DNA of 40,187 nt, from positions 1 to 40,187 of the forward strand of contig NW_021835495.1 of assembly GCF_006345805.1 (NCBI RefSeq). Direction: 5' to 3'. Of this stretch, positions 34,238-40,187 are shown in pieces. The translations under genes were made by a program, and so were the position numbers. The notes beneath the pieces are model-generated. The model saw nothing but the letters and a program-made list of their open reading frames with translations, ran no database searches and was not told where the DNA came from. The stretch comes from Octopus sinensis. Its lineage: Eukaryota. Numbering within the stretch: the stretch's first letter is position 1; every line of letters starts with the position of its first letter.

Positions 34238-35122
34238 CATACACCCATATATACACTACATAACACATATGCATACATACAACCCATATATACACATACA
34301 TAACATATGCATACATACATACACATATGCATACATACATACATACATACACATATGCAATACATACATACATATGCATCATCAACATACATACACATAT
34401 GCATACATTTATATTTATATAATATATATATCTACATATATATATATACACATCTATACATACATATATAAACAGACATATGTGTTTAGATATTTAGGTA
34501 TATATAGATATATGTGTGTGTATCATATATTTGTATATGTTTAAATGTATATATGTGTATATAAAAATGCACGTGTCTATGCTATATACATATGCATATA
34601 CGTGCGTGTTTATATATATATATATATATGCTAATACACACACACACACATACACACACATGTATGAGCGGCTGACAAATAACTCGCCTTCACCCAAGGC
34701 AATTTATTTCAGCTGTCTTTCCTCCGTCTTTTCAGAAACTGGTCGTTCGTCTGTGAGAAAAAGAAAAGTAGCCATGTCTTTTTTCTGCAACGATGTATTG
34801 CCGTTTATTCCACACTTGGGGATTTAGGCATCACTTCAGATCAAATGTACTATAGAAACCAACTAAAATTAGATGCTATTCTGAAATAGCAAACTACAAG
34901 AAATCGAAGAAAAAAAGAAACCTACACAAACCGTTGAAGTTTACACATAAAATACATAATTTATGTTTTTCGTATTGATTTTGTTTTTCACAATGCGCCA
35001 TGATAAATATTCGGTGATGAACAAAAGAAGATATTAGTTGTTCGTGTCGACCCAAGTGTATTACTGGTAATTTGTTTCTGTTGTTTAGTCCGAGTCATTT
35101 CTGACTGAGCCGTTCTTTCTAA

Positions 35123-35315
35123 ATACTTGTTTCGGTAGTCGGTAGACAACGGCCACGCTGGGGCACCGCCTTCAATAGTTTTATTCGAGCGAATCGACCC
35201 CAGTACAGTACTTTTTTTTTAAGCCTGATACTTATTCTATCGCTCTCGTTTGCCGAACCGCTAGGTTACAGGGACATAAACGATTCAACAACCGGTTGTC
35301 AAGCAGTGGTGGTAC
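35123..35315 (-). mobile_element. SINE family A 3' half
   Basis: GGCCACGCTGGGGCACCGCC...TTTGCCGAACCGCTAGGTTAC. Confidence 0.8.
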
Positions 35316-36134
35316 ACACACACACACACACACATATTATATATATATATAGTATATATATATATATATATATATAATTTAGGTGACATAGAAAGAGAAT
35401 AATCTTGTAGTAGATTAATCAAAGTTTAACCTGGTACATTAGTAGCAAAAATCACAGCAGTGAACAGCACGGTTGGAGGTACAAACCATTGGCTTTGCAA
35501 CCGTGCGTTTGTTCGGATATTGAAATTTAAAACATATGGTGAATTGAAGAAATTGAGCTGAAGCAGATGAACAGAAATCGTTTATTATTATCATTCTACA
35601 CTGTTTCGAAAGGCACCATTACCAAAATCCGATGATATGGGCCATTTGTGTCTTTCTCTTCAGGAAGAAAAAGGAAATCCGTTTGAAAAACAAAACAGAA
35701 CAGAGGCAAGCAAAACAAATCGAACTTGCCTCCTAAGACCCATGGCGAACTGTTTATCCTGTGATTTGAAGGAAACGTGCTGAAGAATTCAACGGTCAGG
35801 CATCGGTCAAACATGTGGGTGAGGGGTGTATAGATGGTTCTTATGTGACCGAGAATAAATTCTGACTATTTAAAGAATATTGGATGTTTTATAAGGGGCG
35901 AAAAAAATCTACTATGAGACGTTGTGTGTGTTACTGTTCTATATATTGTGTGTTTTGGCGTAGGGTAGAAAACATTTTTTGTGTACGTGTGTGCGTTTTG
36001 ATCGGTCGGCGGCTGTCCTTGGCTACTGCCGTGATAACCGTTGGTGGCAGAAAGAAAAAAAATAAGAAATTTAATATATATTTTATTTTTTATATGTTGA
36101 TAAACAGTTTCGCCATGGCTCTTAGGAGCACAGT

Positions 36135-36169
<35 letters not shown>

Positions 36170-36186
36170 GAGAGAGAGAGAGAGAT

Positions 36187-36336
36187 CTCAGTTTTCATCT
36201 ACTAAATCCACTCACAAGGCTTTGGTCGACCTCAGGCTATAGTAGAAGACATTTTCCGAAGATGCTACGCAGTGGAACCGAAACCAGAACCATGTGGTTG
36301 AGAAGAAAGCTTCTTACCACAGCCACGCTTGCGCCT
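36187..36336 (-). mobile_element. SINE family A head and core
   Basis: AAATCCACTCACAAGGCTTTGGTCG...CTTCTTACCACAGCCACGCTTGCGCC. Confidence 0.85.
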
Positions 36337-36371
36337 ACACTATGAGCTATATAATAAAAGATTTCTTTTTT

Positions 36372-36542
36372 AAGGCTGTGAGCTGGCAGAATCGTTAACG
36401 CGAAGGGCAAAATGCTTATCGGCATTTTGTCCGTATTTAGATTCTAAGTTCAAATTCCCCCGAGGTCGACTTTGCCCTTCATCCTTTCGGAGTCGATTAA
36501 ATAAGTACCCCTGGAGCAGTGGGGTCAATGTAATCGACTAGC
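36372..36542 (+). mobile_element. SINE family B
   Basis: GAGCTGGCAGAATCGTTA...GAGGTCGACTTTGCCCTTCATCCTTTCGG. Confidence 0.85.
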
Positions 36543-36590
36543 CACAGCCATCTTTTGTGTCACAGTTTCTCCTCTAATGGTTTCAGTTAT

Positions 36591-36660
36591 TCATCGAACT
36601 TTACTCATCGAACTTTAATCATCGAACTTTAATCATCGAACTTTAATCATCGAACTTTAG
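36591..36660. repeat. 14-bp minisatellite TCATCGAACTTTAN x5
   Basis: Five consecutive units, identical over 13 of 14 positions. Confidence 0.95.
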
Positions 36661-36869
36661 CTGACTACAAACAAACTATTTTAGCACAGTGGCTGGCATG
36701 ACACCTCAGATTAGGTGAAAACCAGAGCGTAGACCCGGTTGAGCTTCAGTGTCGTGTGCACCAGCGTAAACTCTTTGTTGTGCTGAAGCAGTGCGATCGA
36801 ACTTTGGCATAAATATTGGTTTCATATTTTAGCACAAGGGGGCGATAAACACAGACACCCACATGCGAA

Positions 36870-37035
36870 TCGCTGGCGATTTTCTTCCTCAGTCTTCCTT
36901 TTCTATTGGACTTACCTCTGTTTCCGAAGAAGATCGTCTGCTAGAAACGTTAAACCATCTTTCTTTCCTTCCCTGAGAATCTGCTAATACATTACATGTA
37001 CCACGTTCTCGCGTTGCTTTTTTGTGTTTGTCCTT
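36870..37035 (+). mobile_element. Probable Penelope-like fragment with a decayed minimal hammerhead motif (36920-36955)
   Basis: GTTT-CCGAAGA-AGATCGTCTGCTA-GAAACGTT-AAAC has the same layout as 10866-10901 and is followed by (TA)n. Confidence 0.4.
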
Positions 37036-37232
37036 TTTGGGATATATATATATATATTATATATATATATTACATGAGGGCTTCTACCAAATCCACTCAC
37101 AAGGCTATAGTACAAGACACTTGCACAAGGTGTCACGCAGTCGGACTGAACTCAGAACCATGTAGTTGGGAAGCAAGCTTCATACCATACAGATGCATAT
37201 TATATAAATAAATATATATAAATATATATATC

Positions 37233-37266
<34 letters not shown>

Positions 37267-37270
<4 letters not shown>

Positions 37271-37495
37271 GCGGCGAGCTGGCAGAATCGTTAGCACACC
37301 GAGCGAAATGCTTAGTGGTATTTCATTTGCCGTTGCGTTCTGAGTTCAAATTCAGCCGAAGTCGACTTTGCTTTTCATCCTATCGGGGTCAATTAAATAA
37401 GTACCAGTTACGCACTGGTGTCGATATACTCAACTTAATCCGTTTGGCTGTCCTTGGGTGTCCCTTCCATGTTTAGTCCCTTGTGGGCAATAAAG

Positions 37496-37500
<5 letters not shown>
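37267..37500 (+). mobile_element. Full-length SINE family B monomer
   Basis: Starts GGCGGCGAGCTGGCAGAATCGTTAGC, ends TTGTGGGCAATAAAGAAATA before (TA)n. Confidence 0.9.
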
Positions 37501-37533
<33 letters not shown>

Positions 37534-37536
37534 TTG

Positions 37537-37699
37537 CGACGAGCTTCCATAGAGTTTCAACCGAATTCACTCACAAGGCACTGGTTGGCCCTGGGATATA
37601 GTAGAAAACACTTGGTCAATGTGTTGCCCAGTGGGACGGAAGTCGAAACCAAGTAGTTGCAAAGCAAGCTTCTTAATGGCAGCCATTCCTCTGCCTATA
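37537..37699 (-). mobile_element. SINE family A head and core, degenerate
   Basis: TTCACTCACAAGGC...TATAGTAGAAAACACTTGG...GCAAGCTTCTT. Confidence 0.7.
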
Positions 37700-38400
37700 G
37701 AAATATGCAAACATACGAACGCATCGTTGTGGGTATCGCCCATAGGGAAACTATAGAATATGCAAATATGTGCAAACGCATCTGTGAACATATGCAAATA
37801 TATATGTTCGCACGGCTGTTGATATTGAACATGGTCTGACTGCATGGGATATGCAACACATACACAGGCACGTGACCGTGTAGGCGCGAACCGTTCTGTT
37901 ATCATTACAAAATGCAATGCAGTTCAGGTCTCGTACACTGATTGACGCGGCTTTCCTGGCAGACGATAACGTTTCAATAAATAAAGAAACAAAAACAAAC
38001 AAAAAAACCTCTCCAAATATAAAACTCTAGAAATAGAAGAAAGATCAAAGATACGGAATATGGACAGAAGAACGGTCTCTGAAATTACTGGAGCGTTGGA
38101 AGCAATGAAGCGTAAAACAAAGTAGAAAATCAAAGAGCGGCAGGAGGAAACTTTCCAATGTGTGTGTGTGTGTGTGTAGGTCAGAAGATATTGCTTTTGG
38201 GAACGGCCTATATTATAGGATAGATTTCATCAATAATCAACTTAAAAAAATATCAAAACAAAAGGCCTGTGACTGTTCGTCTGCTCTACATTTAGCGATA
38301 CACAATAACAAAAAGAGAATATGCCTTCCTTAAACAGGACACGATACTACTGCTCCTGCTACTGCTGCTATTTTTAGTGTTGCTCCTAAAACTGTTTTTG

Positions 38401-38780
38401 ATTTTGGTCCAGCAATTTTGAAGGCGAGATGATGCAAATCAATTGCATCAACCCCCAGTACATGACTGGTATTTATTTTATCGAGACTGAAAAAGATGAA
38501 AAGCAAAGAGTGTAAGGACGCACGAAATGCCGCTGACCATTTTAATGCGGCACGTTAACGATTGCGCCAGCTTAACTACTTTACTCTTTTACTCCTTTTA
38601 GTCATTTGACTGCGGCCATGCTGGGGCATGGCCTTTTAGTCGAGCAAATCGCCCTCAGGATTTATTCTTTATATGTCTAGTACTTATTTTATCGGTCTCT
38701 TTTGCCGAACCGCTAAGTTACGGGGACGTAAACACACCAGCATCGGTTGTCAAGCGATGTTGGGGAGACAAACACAGGCA

Positions 38781-38826
<46 letters not shown>

Positions 38827-39185
38827 CGACAGGCTTCTTTCAGTTTCCGTCAACCAAATCCACTCACAAAGCTATGGTCGGCGCGAGGCTATAGTAGAAG
38901 TCCTTTGCCCAAGGTGCCACGCAGTGGGACTGAACCCGGAACCATGTGGTTGGTAAGCAAGCTACTTACCACACAGCCACTCCTGCGCCTATAGACACAA
39001 GACCTGAAATTTCTTTGGCGGGAGCAAGATGATTATATCAACCCCAGTGCTCAATTGGTACTTATTTTATCGACCCCCATAAGGATGAAATCAAAGATGA
39101 CCTCGGCGGAGTTTGAACTTATGCGCCAGAAGAAATATCGCAAAAGCATTTCTCCAGCACTCTAATGATTTCTGTAGCTTGGCCT
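38401..39185 (-). mobile_element. Cluster: full-length SINE family A (38578-38993) between two family B copies (38401-38573, 38995-39185)
   Basis: The family A copy is complete, from TTACTCTTTTAC to GCCACTCCTGCGCC; family B cores flank it. Confidence 0.85.
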
Positions 39186-39427
39186 AAATAATAATAACTA
39201 TAATAATAATGTCATGTCCACGATGTCAGTCTTCGGTTATTCCTGTTCTTGAATCTTTTACATATTTTGTTTTATTTATATTTTTGCTCGTATTGTGTAG
39301 GTTCACTTTTTTGGTTACTCAGTAATCTGGGGTTGCACTATGGTTGAGCTTAATTGAAAGGAAATTCACTTTCCTTTCCATACACTACAGTAAATATTTT
39401 ATATTTAAATTAAACTTGTTAACGTAT

Positions 39428-39690
39428 CTGCAACTTGTTTCAGTCGTTAGATTACGGCCATGCTGGTGCAACGCCTTGAAGGGTTTAGTCGAACAAATCG
39501 ACCAAAGTACTTAGTTTTATATCCGGTATTTATTTTATCTGTTTCTTTTGCCGAGTCACTAGGTTACGCGAATGTAAACAAACCAACACTGGTTATAAAG
39601 CAGTGGTCACACAGAAACCCCCCACTCACACACGACAGGCTTCCACACACTTTTCGTCGATTAAATTCCCTCAAAACATTTGTTGCCTAC
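39428..39690 (-). mobile_element. SINE family A 3' part, degenerate
   Basis: CTTGTTTCAGTC...GGCCATGCTGGTGCAACGCC...TTTTGCCGAGTCACTAGGTTACG. Confidence 0.7.
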
Positions 39691-39696
39691 AGGGTG

Positions 39697-40087
39697 CTAG
39701 ACAGAGGGGACAAACAAGGACAGACAAAGGGATTAAGTCGATTACATCGACCCCAGTGCGTAACTGGTACGTATTTAATTGACCCCGAAAGGATGAAAGG
39801 CGAAGTCGACTTCAGCGGAATTTGAACTCAGAACGCAGCGACGGGCAAAATACCCATTTCTTTATTACCCACAAGGGGCTAAACAAAGAGAGGACAAACA
39901 AGGACAGACACACGAATTAAGTCGATTATATCGACCCCAGAGCGTAACTGGTACTTATTTAATCGACCCCGAAAGGATGAAAGGTAAAGTCGACCTCGGC
40001 GGAATTTGAACTCAGAACGTAACGGCAGACGAGATACGGCTACGCATTTCACCCGGTGTGCTAACGTTTCTGCCAGCTCGCAGCCTT
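39697..40087 (-). mobile_element. SINE family B head-to-tail dimer
   Basis: Junction AAAATACC|CATTTCTTTATTACCCACAAG at 39854/39855; 184-bp unit, as in the 14385-14975 trimer. Confidence 0.9.
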
Positions 40088-40094
40088 ATCCCTC

Positions 40095-40187
40095 AAAAAA
40101 CATTGGTCGGGCTTGGGCCTATAGTAGAAAACACTTGGTTAAGATGCTGCATAGTGGGACTGAACCCGAATCTAAGTGGTTGCAAAA
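40095..40187 (-). mobile_element. SINE family A core/head, cut by the window end
   Basis: TATAGTAGAAAACACTTGG...GTGGGACTGAACCCG. Confidence 0.75.

Noticed and set aside
38037-38108. Myb/SANT-like peptide WTEERSLKLLERW (and KRQQWTTEEEALRR on the minus strand at ~33896-33945)
   Set aside because: Each is a single short helix-like match, bounded by stops or lacking the other helices and good splice sites.

Overview
This is AT-rich, repeat-dense eukaryotic non-coding DNA. The SINE families and the TA/CA and GGT/GAT low-complexity tracts strongly suggest an Octopus (coleoid cephalopod) genome; this is an inference from recognition, not a database result. I cannot identify any intact host gene, and almost all ORFs in the track are translations of microsatellites. 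Well-supported content: (1) a full-length 1288-bp DD34D mariner with TIRs and a dead transposase (31050-32337); (2) two decayed RTE-clade LINE 3' remnants; (3) many tRNA-derived SINE copies of at least three families, including head-to-tail multimers with an identical junction; (4) three non-autonomous TIR elements; (5) an ~850-bp tandem duplication whose copies differ mostly by small indels, possibly an assembly artefact. The most unusual signal is a set of minimal hammerhead-ribozyme-like motifs of the type carried by Penelope-like elements and retrozymes. One has a core variant (CUGUCGA) shared with a tandem copy 209 bp away, and another is a head-to-head inverted pair forming a 70-nt hairpin. 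A decayed 15-bp pentapeptide-like repeat and a few weak candidate exons and regulatory motifs are also noted. Family labels A, B, D, E, F are my own for this window. Coordinates of decayed repeats are approximate (about +/-10 bp).
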